A DNA stretch of 59,764 nucleotides from a virus (IMGVR_UViG_3300048597_000258:1-59764); one strand, 5' to 3'. Counted from the stretch's first letter, positions 9,628 through 19,005 are shown. Notes: generated by a model from the letters alone, not told the origin. Numbers and translations: made by a program.

Positions 9628-10389
9628 ATGAAGATTGACCACAAGAGGCTCTTTGACGGCCTCCGCGCCAGCATGCACGGAGGCTCCCTGTCCGAGGCGC
9701 AGGTCGCCAGCTATGAGGCGATTCTCTATGCCGCCCGCACCCACGGCGTCACCGATCCCCGGCACCTGTCCTACATCTTCTCGACCACGCGCGGCGAAGT
9801 CGGCTCCGCCATGCAGCCCGTCCGTGAGGTCGGCAGGGGACAGGGCAAGCGCTATGGCGTTCCTGATCCCTCGACCGGGGAGGTCTACTTCGGGCGCGGC
9901 TTCGTGCAGATCACCTGGGCCGACAACTATCGGAAGCTCGGGAAGCGTCTCGGCCTCCCACTCTACGAGGAGCCGGACCTCGCGCTGAAGCCAGAGATCG
10001 CCGCGAAGATTCTGGTCATCGGAATGGTCGAAGGCATCTTCACCGGGAAGAAACTCTCCGACTACATCAATGACAAGGGCACCAACTATCGCGAGGCGCG
10101 GCGCATCATCAACATCATGGATCGCGCCGACGAGTTCGCGGAACTTGCGCGCCGCTATGAGGCGGTCATCCGCGCTGCGCTCATCACGGAGGGCAAGGGT
10201 GAGGTCAAGGACGTTTCGGCAACCGTCACGATCGCGAAGCCCGCGCCGAAGCCCGATCCCGCGCCTGCTCCCGAACCGCCGCCCGAGACGGAGGCGCAGC
10301 CGCACATGAGCGCGGCGCAAGTGATCGTCGGCGTGATCGCCGCCGCTGCCGCCGCAATCTTCGGCTGGATTTTCATGGGAGGCGAGTGA
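9628..10389 (+). CDS. Endolysin, GH19/lysozyme-like, with Pro linker and C-terminal TM segment
   Basis: MQPVRE...YFGRGFVQITWADNY...ARRIIN; PAPKPDPAPAPEPPPE linker; hydrophobic end VIVGVIAAAAAAIFGWIF. Confidence 0.85.
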   Translation: MKIDHKRLFDGLRASMHGGSLSEAQVASYEAILYAARTHGVTDPRHLSYIFSTTRGEVGSAMQPVREVGRGQGKRYGVPDPSTGEVYFGRGFVQITWADNYRKLGKRLGLPLYEEPDLALKPEIAAKILVIGMVEGIFTGKKLSDYINDKGTNYREARRIINIMDRADEFAELARRYEAVIRAALITEGKGEVKDVSATVTIAKPAPKPDPAPAPEPPPETEAQPHMSAAQVIVGVIAAAAAAIFGWIFMGGE

Positions 10390-10601
10390 TGGGCGACTAC
10401 ATCAAGGAGCGCAGCAAGGCATTCGCGGCCGGCCTTGCAGCCGCCATCACCATCGCCATCATCAAGCACGCCGAGAAGACCTTCGGCTTCAACATCGATG
10501 ACGGCATGGAAATCACGATCTCCGCCGCAGTCGGCGGCTTCATCAATGGCGTGATCGTCTATTGGGCGCCCGCGAACAAGCCGATGGAGACGAAGTCGTG
10601 A
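10389..10601 (+). CDS. Holin-like membrane protein (2 TM)
   Basis: Two hydrophobic segments ending VYWAPANK; follows the endolysin. Confidence 0.55.
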   Translation: MGDYIKERSKAFAAGLAAAITIAIIKHAEKTFGFNIDDGMEITISAAVGGFINGVIVYWAPANKPMETKS

Positions 10602-10759
10602 TCGCCCTCGCGATGCTGGTCGGCGGCGTCGCCATCGCCGTGTGGGGGCACATCCTCATGGACAGGGCCTCTGGCGAGGCCAAGGCTGATGGCCTGCTCC
10701 TCCTGGCTGTCGGTTTCGTCCTCGCCGTCTGCGGCCTCGTCGGGGGGATGGTGACGTGA
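10598..10759 (+). CDS. Small 2-TM membrane protein
   Basis: GTG start overlapping the upstream stop; two hydrophobic helices. Confidence 0.55.
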   Translation: MIALAMLVGGVAIAVWGHILMDRASGEAKADGLLLLAVGFVLAVCGLVGGMVT

Positions 10760-11175
10760 TCGGCGCCATCCTCAACGTCCTGACGGGCAAGGTGCTCGAC
10801 AAGGTGACCGGCGTCTTCGAACTCTACCTGAAGAAGCAGATTTCCGAGGCGGAGTTCAGATCGCGGGTGGAGATCGCCGTTCAGGAAACGGTCAGGGAAA
10901 CCGAGAAGGCATGGACCGAAGTGGCGGCGAAGCAGTACGCGGAGTTCCAGCAGACGGTGCGCCAGTCACCTGTCATCGCCCGCGCCTTCGCGGCGGTCAT
11001 CGTCACTCAGCTTTTCGTCCTGCTCTGGTACCAGTGGGGCGCGTCGGCGTTCCTTCTGGTAACCGGGACCGCCTGGCCCTCCGCGGGCGCCACGGTTGAC
11101 TGGGCCTACGCCATTCTCGCGCTCTGCCTCGGCGGCGGCGCGTTCGTGTTCCGAGGGAGCAGCGCACCGAAATGA
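10756..11175 (+). CDS. Holin-like protein (GTA 3TM holin-like)
   Basis: N-terminal amphipathic helix, coiled coil, then two TM segments. Confidence 0.55.
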   Translation: MIGAILNVLTGKVLDKVTGVFELYLKKQISEAEFRSRVEIAVQETVRETEKAWTEVAAKQYAEFQQTVRQSPVIARAFAAVIVTQLFVLLWYQWGASAFLLVTGTAWPSAGATVDWAYAILALCLGGGAFVFRGSSAPK

Positions 11176-11519
11176 CGACAGAGGTCCAAGCAGGCCCGGC
11201 CATCGTGGCCGGGTACAACTGGTCACTTCGGATTGTGGCCGACACCGCGGCATTTCCCTCCGGCGTGGCGATCACCGGTCACGTGCGGCGAAAGATTGCC
11301 GATGCAGCGCCCCTGGTGACGCTCTCGACCGCAGCCGGGCAGATCGTGCGCGTCGATGACTTCCGCATCGACATCACCATTCCCGGCGTGGCTTCAAGGG
11401 AATGGGCGCCCGGTGACGTGGTGATGGACTTCGTCCGCACCGATGTCGATCCAGACGCCTATCTCGGCTTCCGGCTGACCGTTCCCGTCACGATCCCCGT
11501 TACGCGCGGACTTCCCTGA
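11172..11519 (+). CDS. Putative virion adaptor (beta-sandwich)
   Basis: GHVRR...LVTLSTAAGQI...VVMDFVRTD pattern typical of small phage adaptor proteins. Confidence 0.5.
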   Translation: MTTEVQAGPAIVAGYNWSLRIVADTAAFPSGVAITGHVRRKIADAAPLVTLSTAAGQIVRVDDFRIDITIPGVASREWAPGDVVMDFVRTDVDPDAYLGFRLTVPVTIPVTRGLP

Positions 11520-12007
11520 TGCAGGAGATCTCTGTCACGACACAGACCGTTCCCATCGAGGTGGCGGTCAGGTCCAGCGCGCCCATCGCGCTCTCGCTTG
11601 CCTCGCCTCGGGCGGAGATCGCGCTCGTCGCCTCGCCGGGTCCTCGTGGCGCCCAGGGCGACCAGGGTCCCGATCCTTGGCTCGAGCCGGTCCAGTTCAT
11701 CACGGCGAGCGGCGCGCTCATCATCGACTACTCCCTCGGCAAGCATGTCCGGCTGACGCTTGCCGGGGACGTGACCTCGTTCGCGGTGACGGGCTGGCCG
11801 GCAGCGAACAGGATCGCGCGGCTCACTCTTGAGATTTTGAATGAAGGCGACTTCGGCATTCTCGCGTGGCCGAACGGAACCATCTGGCAATCCGGCTCCG
11901 TGCCGGAAATCACGCGGAGCGCGGGTGCGCGCGACCGCATCATCCTTTCCACCACCGATGCAGGCGCGACCGTTTACGGCGACCCAATCGGCTTCGACTA
12001 CCGCTAA
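11519..12007 (+). CDS. Short spike/fibre protein with collagen-like triplets
   Basis: N-terminal beta strands, GPRGAQGDQGP (Gly-X-Y), then a fibre-head-like domain (LAWPNGTIWQSGSVP). Confidence 0.55.
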   Translation: MQEISVTTQTVPIEVAVRSSAPIALSLASPRAEIALVASPGPRGAQGDQGPDPWLEPVQFITASGALIIDYSLGKHVRLTLAGDVTSFAVTGWPAANRIARLTLEILNEGDFGILAWPNGTIWQSGSVPEITRSAGARDRIILSTTDAGATVYGDPIGFDYR

Positions 12008-12026
12008 CCTTTAAGGAGCAAGAGCT

Positions 12027-12416
12027 ATGACAGCCCTTTCCAACTACGCCGAAAGTCAGGTCATCAAGTGGCTTATGACCGCCGCCGCCGTCTCCCGCCC
12101 CACCGCATGGTTCGTGGCGCTGCACACCGCCGATCCCGGCGAAGATGGCAGCGTGGGCGAACTCTCCGGCAACGGCTATGCGCGCCAGTCCGCAACCTTC
12201 ACCGAGGACACCAACGGCCTCGTGGACAACGATGCCGACATCACCTTCGGCCCGAATACCGGAGTGAACTGGGGCGACGTCACGCATGTCTCCGTCTGGA
12301 CGGCGGTGTCGAGCGGGCAGTGCCTTTACAAAGGCGCGCTTTCCTCGCCCGTCACGATCAACGTGAACGACAGCCTGCGCTTCGCCGCTGGTCAGCTCGA
12401 CTGTTCAATCGACTGA
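12027..12416 (+). CDS. Small structural beta-protein, putative fibre subunit
   Basis: ALSNYAE...FVALHTADPGE...SGNGYARQ...WGDVTH...GDSLRF-like motifs; strong TAAGGAG RBS; terminator directly downstream. Confidence 0.7.
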   Translation: MTALSNYAESQVIKWLMTAAAVSRPTAWFVALHTADPGEDGSVGELSGNGYARQSATFTEDTNGLVDNDADITFGPNTGVNWGDVTHVSVWTAVSSGQCLYKGALSSPVTINVNDSLRFAAGQLDCSID

Positions 12417-12440
12417 CGAGCAGCCGATCCAGCCAACAGT

Positions 12441-12467
12441 GACCCGCGCTTCATGCGCGGGTCTTTT
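12441..12467 (+). terminator. Intrinsic terminator / attenuator
   Basis: Perfect 9-bp stem GACCCGCGC-TTCAT-GCGCGGGTC followed by TTTT. Confidence 0.75.
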
Positions 12468-12484
12468 CTGCAACGGGAGCCACC

Positions 12485-13324
12485 ATGACGATCTCCACAC
12501 GCGACGGCCTCATCAATGGGCTGGCGAACAATTCCAGCCGCCTTGTGATCGACAAGGCATCAATCGCCAACGCCGCCGCTGGTCAGTTCCATTCGCTGTG
12601 GCGTGCGACCGGACAGCCGGGGCAGGGTGCCATTCCCGGCGCTGCCGCCGTGTGCGCGCATGGTCTTCTCGGCTCGTTCAACTTCACGCAGCAGACCGCG
12701 CCCGCGACCAGTTACATCGCCTATCTCGAAGCGGTCTGCTCCAACGCGCAGCAGGTGCTTGAGCTTCACGACCGCCTCATGCACATGGGCGGCCTTGTCG
12801 GCAACGTCGCCACGGCGCAGACCGTCAACGTGGACATCTCCGCGAACCTCGCCACCAACAATCTCGCGGCGCGCATCGGTGATGCCAACTATTCGGACGT
12901 TCAGTGGTGGCTCGAATGGTACACCGACACCGGATCGACCGCCGTCACGGCCACGGTGAACGTCACTTACAACGATGGATCGAGCGGCAACCTCACGGGC
13001 ATCTCGCTCGCGGCCACGCGCCGCGCGTCCTTCATGGTGCCGCTCAATGGCCTGATCCCGGCAGCGGATAGCGGCAAGTTCATCCGTGACGTGAACACCG
13101 TCACGCTCTCGGCCACGACCGGAACGGCTGGCAATTTCGGCGTCACCGCGACGAGGCCGCGCGCATCCCTCGGATGCCCGGTCGCGAACTTCAAGTGGTC
13201 CGCCAATTGGGCCGACCTTCCGATTTCGGAACTCCCGAACGATAGCTGCCTGTTCCTCATCGCTCAGGTTTCCACGACCTCGACCGGAACGGTGCGCGGC
13301 AGCGGCAAGATCGCGCACGGCTGA
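12485..13324 (+). CDS. Putative structural (fibre tip-like) protein, 279 aa
   Basis: Thr/Gly/Ala-rich beta protein; GGGAG RBS; lies within the fibre module. Confidence 0.55.
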   Translation: MTISTRDGLINGLANNSSRLVIDKASIANAAAGQFHSLWRATGQPGQGAIPGAAAVCAHGLLGSFNFTQQTAPATSYIAYLEAVCSNAQQVLELHDRLMHMGGLVGNVATAQTVNVDISANLATNNLAARIGDANYSDVQWWLEWYTDTGSTAVTATVNVTYNDGSSGNLTGISLAATRRASFMVPLNGLIPAADSGKFIRDVNTVTLSATTGTAGNFGVTATRPRASLGCPVANFKWSANWADLPISELPNDSCLFLIAQVSTTSTGTVRGSGKIAHG

Positions 13325-13330
13325 CCCGAC

Positions 13331-15655
13331 ATGGACAGGGTGTCGGGGATCGACAAGCCGCTCTCGCTCAACGGCGCGTCGGATGCTTGGGACGATGAAC
13401 TCGCGGGGAAGATACTCCTCGCAGACTATTTCCCCGTCGAGCCGGGCGCATCGCTTGTCGCGAGCGCCACCATCAATGCCGTGGCAGAGCGGATCGAGCC
13501 GTATCCTGCGACGGCGAACCTTCGGGCCACCGCGTCGATCAGCGCCGCCACCCTCACCACGCGCGGCGTCACCGCGAGCCTTGTCACCCCGGCGCGCATC
13601 ACTGCCAATGGTGAAGGCTGGCGCGTCGGTGCTGCGGCACTCGCGGCTTCTGGCAAGATCACGGCGCTCGCCCGCAAGGTCGGCCATCTGGCGCAAGGCT
13701 GGACGCATGTCCTGTGGCCGCATGAGACGTGGAGCAAGACCGCTTCGCCATCGACCACATGGGACGCGGACGCTTCGCTCGTCGGTGCGGCTGGCATTTC
13801 GGCAACGGGACGGCGCATCGGAAATCGCGCTGCGGCGCTTGTTGCCAGCGCAGCGCTCGGTGCATCGGCGCTCGCGACCCGTCCGCGTGCGGCGATCCTC
13901 GGCGGCACTGGCGCGCTTCTCTCGACAGGCCAACGCATCGGCAATCGCTCGGCGGCGCTCGCCGCTTCCGCATCCATCGCGGCGGCGGGGCGTGCATGGC
14001 GCGCCCGCTCGGCGCTGCTCGCATCTTCGGCCTCGCTCGCAGCCATCGCGGGTGCATCGCGGCCACGAGGCGCAGTGATCTCGGCTTCGGCAGCGCTTGT
14101 CGCCGTCGCATCTGCCGCCCGCGTCCGTTCGGCGGCACTCGCTGCATCGTCTGCCATCGAGGCCACGGCCACGAGGTCCCGGCACAGGTCGGCCGCACTC
14201 ATCGCCAGCGCAGGCCGCATCAATTGGGTTGGAAATTCCGCCTTCGCTGGCGCGGTCGCCGGAACTCCCGGCACGATGCCGACCGGATGGGCGAGCAGCA
14301 CGGTCGCCGGGATCACACGACAGGTTGTCGGGTCTGGCGTCGATGGCGGCTATTCCTACCTCGACGTTCGCTGGTTCGGCACCAACACATCGGGATCGAT
14401 TGGTTATCCGACGATCTTCCCGTCGCAGCCATTGCTTGCGAACGGCGCGCTGCCGACGAAGGCGGGCGATGTTGTGAGTGGCGGCGCTCTGGCGAAGATG
14501 GTCGGCGGAACCACGGACGGCATCACGAATGTTCGCCTCGATCTCGGCGAGCATCTGGACAATGGCTCGCGGCAAGCCGGAACGATTGCGCTCTTTTGGG
14601 ACGGATCGCAGGACATCACGAACTGGCGCGAGGCGTCGGCTTCGAGGACATGCACAAGCGGAACGGCAGTCGCGGCCCGCCTCACCGTCGGCCTTCAAGT
14701 CGCAGCCGGGGCGACCATCGACATCACGCTTCGCTTCGCGTGGCCCTCGACGGAGCGCGGCACCTATCAGGGCTTGTTCCCGGCAACGCTTGCCGATCAC
14801 ACGGCAGTCATGTTCGGCTATGCCGCAGCATTCCGAAACGTGGCAGCGTCGCTGGTCGCCAGCGCATCGGTGTCCGCTCCTGCAGCCCGGACGCGATCCG
14901 CGAGCGCTGCGCTTTCTGCATCGTCCGCCATCGCCGCGAAGCCTTCGGGACAATTCCAAGCATCGGCTCATCTTGCCGCAGCCGGATCAAGCCTGAGTGT
15001 CGGCGGCGGGCTTCGCCTGCGCACGGCGATCATGTCTGCATCGGCATCGCTTGCGGCAACGGCGTCGGTCCCGCGCGCGCGATCCGCGCAGCTTTCGTCT
15101 TCCGCATCGCTCAGTGCAAGCGGACGGCGCATCGCGAGCAGGGCTGCGATCCTGCAGGCAGGCGCAAGCCTCGCCGCTTCGGCGCGCGGCCTGTTCTCGC
15201 GATCCGCCTTGCTCGCCTCCACGTCAACCATCGCGGCGACGGCTGCAAGGGCACGGCATCGTGCAGCCATCCTGCCTGCGGCATCGGCCATCGTGGCGAG
15301 GGCGGGTGCGATCAGGCCCCGCGCGGCGCTCCTTGCGGCATCCGGCACGATTGCGGCCACCGCCACAGCCCTTCGCCCTGCTTCGGCGCTCCTTGCTGGT
15401 GGCGCTGGCGTGGCCGCACAGGCCCGGCGCGAGGCATCGCGCAGCGCGGTCCTTGCCGCGACCAGTGCCGCGGCAGCGGATGCAATGCGGGACAGGGCGC
15501 GCGGGGCGGCCCTCGTCGCCGTCGCAGGGCTCATCACGGAGGCCAAGGCGGATCGAACCACCTCCGCACACCTTGAGGCGCATTCCACCGTCATGGCGCG
15601 GGCAAGGAGGCGCTCGCGGGCCTTCGCATCGAACGCACTCAACCTCGGAATCTAG
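13331..15655 (+). CDS. Ala-rich 20-aa repeat protein with central lectin/CBM-like domain
   Basis: About 24 repeats of AxLxASAx[IL]xAxAxxxRxR[SA]; globular insert about 14219-14845. Confidence 0.75.
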   Translation: MDRVSGIDKPLSLNGASDAWDDELAGKILLADYFPVEPGASLVASATINAVAERIEPYPATANLRATASISAATLTTRGVTASLVTPARITANGEGWRVGAAALAASGKITALARKVGHLAQGWTHVLWPHETWSKTASPSTTWDADASLVGAAGISATGRRIGNRAAALVASAALGASALATRPRAAILGGTGALLSTGQRIGNRSAALAASASIAAAGRAWRARSALLASSASLAAIAGASRPRGAVISASAALVAVASAARVRSAALAASSAIEATATRSRHRSAALIASAGRINWVGNSAFAGAVAGTPGTMPTGWASSTVAGITRQVVGSGVDGGYSYLDVRWFGTNTSGSIGYPTIFPSQPLLANGALPTKAGDVVSGGALAKMVGGTTDGITNVRLDLGEHLDNGSRQAGTIALFWDGSQDITNWREASASRTCTSGTAVAARLTVGLQVAAGATIDITLRFAWPSTERGTYQGLFPATLADHTAVMFGYAAAFRNVAASLVASASVSAPAARTRSASAALSASSAIAAKPSGQFQASAHLAAAGSSLSVGGGLRLRTAIMSASASLAATASVPRARSAQLSSSASLSASGRRIASRAAILQAGASLAASARGLFSRSALLASTSTIAATAARARHRAAILPAASAIVARAGAIRPRAALLAASGTIAATATALRPASALLAGGAGVAAQARREASRSAVLAATSAAAADAMRDRARGAALVAVAGLITEAKADRTTSAHLEAHSTVMARARRRSRAFASNALNLGI

Positions 15656-15665
15656 GGAGGAACCA

Positions 15666-15953
15666 ATGGCCGAAAACGGCAATGGCAGTAATGTGACCAA
15701 GCTTGAGAGCCGCTGGATCGCATTCATCACGGCCATCGCGCTCCTCTTTGGTGGATGGTGGCTGCAGAACCAGTACGACACCGTGCTTCGCTTGCAGCAG
15801 CAGCAGACCGATTTCATGCGGCACGTCGATGATAAGTATGTGCAGAAGGACTACCTCGAAACAGTCACGAGCCGCCTTGAGCGCATCGAGGACAAGATTG
15901 ATGACCTCCGCGACACTGACCAGCGGAGAGTACCCACCAGCGTAGGGCGGTGA
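15666..15953 (+). CDS. Single-TM coiled-coil protein
   Basis: GGGAGG RBS; WIAFITAIALLFGGWWL then RLERIEDKIDDL. Confidence 0.7.
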   Translation: MAENGNGSNVTKLESRWIAFITAIALLFGGWWLQNQYDTVLRLQQQQTDFMRHVDDKYVQKDYLETVTSRLERIEDKIDDLRDTDQRRVPTSVGR

Positions 15954-15956
15954 TCC

Positions 15957-16244
15957 ATGCCGCCCGCCGTTCACAATCTCCTGTCATCCGCGATACCGCT
16001 TCCGGTCGTTGTGGTGCTGGTGCTTCATGCGTCGGCACTCACATGGTTCGTCGCGAGCAGCTTCCAGAGGCTCGATGCACGCGTGTCGGCCCTTGAACTT
16101 GCCGACAAGCCGATGATGAACCACGAGGCGCGCATCATCGTCCTGGAGCAGCGGGATGCTCGCGTCTTCGACGAATTGACCGAAATCAAGATGATGCTCC
16201 GTGAACGGAAGTCATCGCTCGATTTGCCGAACGCAAAACCATAG
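15957..16244 (+). CDS. Single-TM coiled-coil protein
   Basis: IPLPVVVVLVLHASALTWF then LDARVSALE...RIIVLEQ. Confidence 0.65.
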   Translation: MPPAVHNLLSSAIPLPVVVVLVLHASALTWFVASSFQRLDARVSALELADKPMMNHEARIIVLEQRDARVFDELTEIKMMLRERKSSLDLPNAKP

Positions 16245-16258
16245 GAAAGGAGAACGCC

Positions 16259-16699
16259 GTGCTTCGCCAGCTTTCCTTGCTTGTCCTGATCTTCGCCGCC
16301 TTCATCCTGACCCTGATCGTCGCCGTCATCGGAGAGGCGCACGCGCACCAGCCGATCCGTTCAAACTCAGTCGTGATCTTTCCTGATCCATACGAAGGTA
16401 AGCGCGACCCTCAGACGGGCCTCCTGTGTTGCGGCGGCGAGGACTGCGAAGTCTTGAAGGTGGAACCCGGTGTTCTGACGCCCGGTGATGACGGGATCAG
16501 GCTTCGCCTCACCGAAGCGCAAGCCCGCAAGATCAACCCGAACCGCATAGGCGACGTTGACACGGTGATCCCGTTCAATCGCATTCAGCCGACGCCGCCA
16601 GAATGGAGCGGCGAGTTTCGCGTCTGTATCCCCTCGCGCCATGAGCCAAACGTGAGGCCGAGAGATTTCTTCTGCTTCTGGGCACCACCCGACACCTGA
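16259..16699 (+). CDS. Exported Cys-rich protein
   Basis: Signal peptide ending AHAH; CCGGEDC...C...CFW; AAGGAG RBS. Confidence 0.65.
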   Translation: MLRQLSLLVLIFAAFILTLIVAVIGEAHAHQPIRSNSVVIFPDPYEGKRDPQTGLLCCGGEDCEVLKVEPGVLTPGDDGIRLRLTEAQARKINPNRIGDVDTVIPFNRIQPTPPEWSGEFRVCIPSRHEPNVRPRDFFCFWAPPDT

Positions 16700-16744
16700 C
16701 GATCTCCCTGCGGCAGCGGCTGGGACCGCAGGTCGAGCGCAAAG

Positions 16745-16783
16745 AGGCCCGCGCACCGAGTAACATCGGTGGCGGGCCTTTTT
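16745..16783 (+). terminator. End-of-late-operon intrinsic terminator
   Basis: AGGCCCGC-G-CACCGA-GTAACA-TCGGTG-GCGGGCCT followed by TTTT. Confidence 0.85.
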
Positions 16784-16869
16784 GTCGTTCTTGGGGGAGC
16801 GTCTTGCCCCAGCAGCCCTTCTGGTTCAGAAATACCGGCGATCAGAACCCGATTCCAGGAGGCAACGCG

Positions 16870-17859
16870 ATGCGCAAGAGACCGGCCCTGAAGCTGGTTC
16901 ACGGTTCGGCTCAAGGCGATCATGGCCGTTCAGATCCTTCGTCGCCGGCCGAAATGCCAGCCGCCCCCCAGGAAGGCGGCGAGCGGGTTCTGGCGCGCAT
17001 GCTCGAGGAAGGCGTGATGGAAGGGGATTCGCTGGCCATTCTTCCGCTCCTTCCTCGCGAAAGCGTCGATCTTTTCTTCATGTCCCCACCGTACGCCGAT
17101 GCCAGGGCCTACAGCCGCATTCACCCGGATCGCTATGTCGAATGGTTCCTGCCGTTCGCGCGCGCCATGTTCGATGCGGCGAAGCCGACCGGCAGTCTGA
17201 TCATCAACATCAAGAACCGCGTGGCAAACCGGGGACCCCTCAAGGGTCAGCGGCATCCGTATGTCTACCAGCTTGTGCTCGCCCTGCAGAACATGGGCTG
17301 GCGGTGGGTGGAGACTTACATCTGGGCGAAGCCCAACGCCGTGCCCGGCAGGTTCGGGCCGCGGACAAAGGACAGCTTCGAGTACGTCTATCATTTCGCC
17401 CGCGGCAACAAGCCGTTCTTTGACCTGAGTGCCGTCCGGGTTCCGTACAAGGCGGACGCCTCCGAGATCGATCGCAGGAAGAAGGACACCCTCGGCCGGC
17501 GCAGCACGGAAGCGGGGTTCGGGCGTGACCGGACAAAAACCTATCTTCTGGGGGGGGCCGACCCCGGCAACGTCGTTTCGGTGGCCCAGACCTACAACCA
17601 GCACAAGGGAGTGGCGCACACTGCCGCCATGCCGGAGGGCCTGGCCCAGTTCTTCATCCTGGCAGCGAGTCCTGCCGGGGGCGTCGTAATCGATCCATTT
17701 GCGGGTGGGGCTACCACCGTCGTCGTGGGCCGCCGCCTCGGGCGGAGAGCAGCCGGCATCGAGTTGCACGAGGCATTCGCAAAGGAAGGGCGCCGCCGTA
17801 TTGCGGCCGGCCTCGCCGCCGACACCCCTGGACGGCTGATCGGCGCCATGAAGGGCTGA
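16870..17859 (+). CDS. DNA amino-methyltransferase, beta group (likely m4C)
   Basis: FMSPPY (motif IV) precedes VIDPFAGGATT (motif I); HTAAMP; GGAGG RBS. Confidence 0.9.
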   Translation: MRKRPALKLVHGSAQGDHGRSDPSSPAEMPAAPQEGGERVLARMLEEGVMEGDSLAILPLLPRESVDLFFMSPPYADARAYSRIHPDRYVEWFLPFARAMFDAAKPTGSLIINIKNRVANRGPLKGQRHPYVYQLVLALQNMGWRWVETYIWAKPNAVPGRFGPRTKDSFEYVYHFARGNKPFFDLSAVRVPYKADASEIDRRKKDTLGRRSTEAGFGRDRTKTYLLGGADPGNVVSVAQTYNQHKGVAHTAAMPEGLAQFFILAASPAGGVVIDPFAGGATTVVVGRRLGRRAAGIELHEAFAKEGRRRIAAGLAADTPGRLIGAMKG

Positions 17860-17862
17860 CCG

Positions 17863-19005
17863 GTGACCGTGGCGGCAACCATTCAGTCGATCCTCGACGC
17901 GGGGACCTGGGCGCAGCGCATTCAGCAGATCCGGCTGGTCCCCCAGCGCCATGGCACGGAGGATCATGGCGCGATCTATGCGGCAGTTGCGCGCGAGCTT
18001 TACATGCCGCATCTCGCTCCGGATTTCGCCTACATTCACGAGGCTCCCTTCTATGAGACCCCGCACTTCTTTGCGGCCTACGACGAAGCGTTCCGGCTGA
18101 CGGAGGGGTTCACCCTTGTTTCAGAGGACCGGCTCGAGGCGGCGCTGATCCAGTGTCCGTGTGTCCTGCTGGTCTTCCGCACGCTGCTCGGGCTGACAAA
18201 GGATGAATTCGCTCACTCCACTTTGCTGGCCGGTGGTCCTGACAATCTGGCTCCGCTCACCGCTTCGCAGGTCGACACGATGGAGAGGAGCGCGGTCCAC
18301 GCCCAGCGGTCTGGCACGGTCGCCGCGCTCGCCAAGGCCGAGGCGCAGGCAAAGGTCGCGGCGAAGACCATCAGCATGGCGATGGGCGGCGAATTGTTCG
18401 GCGATGCCCCGCCCGGTCTCAAGAGCAAGCAGCGCAAGCCCGACACACAGGGCGGCTGGGACAGCGTCAGTTTCTATGCCGCTAATGGCGTGCCGTTACG
18501 CGTCTTCCTGCATCAGCGGCACTATGGCGGAGCCTTCCGCCAGGTACTCGATGCCACGTCCACGAAGAGGGGCGATCTCATCGAGGATGCCGTCGAGGCG
18601 CTGTTCGGTGCCTACGGCATATCCTTCATTCGCACTGGCAGCCACAATCAGGCTGATGTGGCGCGCCGCTTCGAGGTGCATGTGACCCCGGCGCCTGATT
18701 TCGTGGTCTTCGACCCGGCCGACGACAGCCTGAAAGCCATGCTCGAGTGCAAGGGCACCAACAACGGGGGTACTGCCCGGGACAAGGCGCTCCGGTTTGG
18801 GCGTCTCCGGGCCGAATCGGTAAGGCTTGGCGGCATTCCACTCATGGCGGTGCTGGGAGGGATCGGCTGGGCGCGGATCAATGATGCGCTCGGACCTGTC
18901 GTTCGGGACACCGACGGGCGGGTGTTCACGCTGTCCACGCTTTCCTCCATGCTGGAGGTCGCGCCGTTCCCCGGCCTCATCACCATCCATCCTGAATCCG
19001 CCTGA
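17863..19005 (+). CDS. Putative Type II restriction endonuclease, PD-(D/E)xK
   Basis: E...PDFVVFD...MLECK catalytic pattern; starts 3 nt after the MTase stop. Confidence 0.7.
   Translation: MTVAATIQSILDAGTWAQRIQQIRLVPQRHGTEDHGAIYAAVARELYMPHLAPDFAYIHEAPFYETPHFFAAYDEAFRLTEGFTLVSEDRLEAALIQCPCVLLVFRTLLGLTKDEFAHSTLLAGGPDNLAPLTASQVDTMERSAVHAQRSGTVAALAKAEAQAKVAAKTISMAMGGELFGDAPPGLKSKQRKPDTQGGWDSVSFYAANGVPLRVFLHQRHYGGAFRQVLDATSTKRGDLIEDAVEALFGAYGISFIRTGSHNQADVARRFEVHVTPAPDFVVFDPADDSLKAMLECKGTNNGGTARDKALRFGRLRAESVRLGGIPLMAVLGGIGWARINDALGPVVRDTDGRVFTLSTLSSMLEVAPFPGLITIHPESA

Noticed and set aside
13729-15576. 615-aa same-strand alternative-frame ORF in the repeat gene
   Set aside because: Arg/Cys/Gly translation of GCN-rich Ala codons shifted by one base; no RBS or domain signal.
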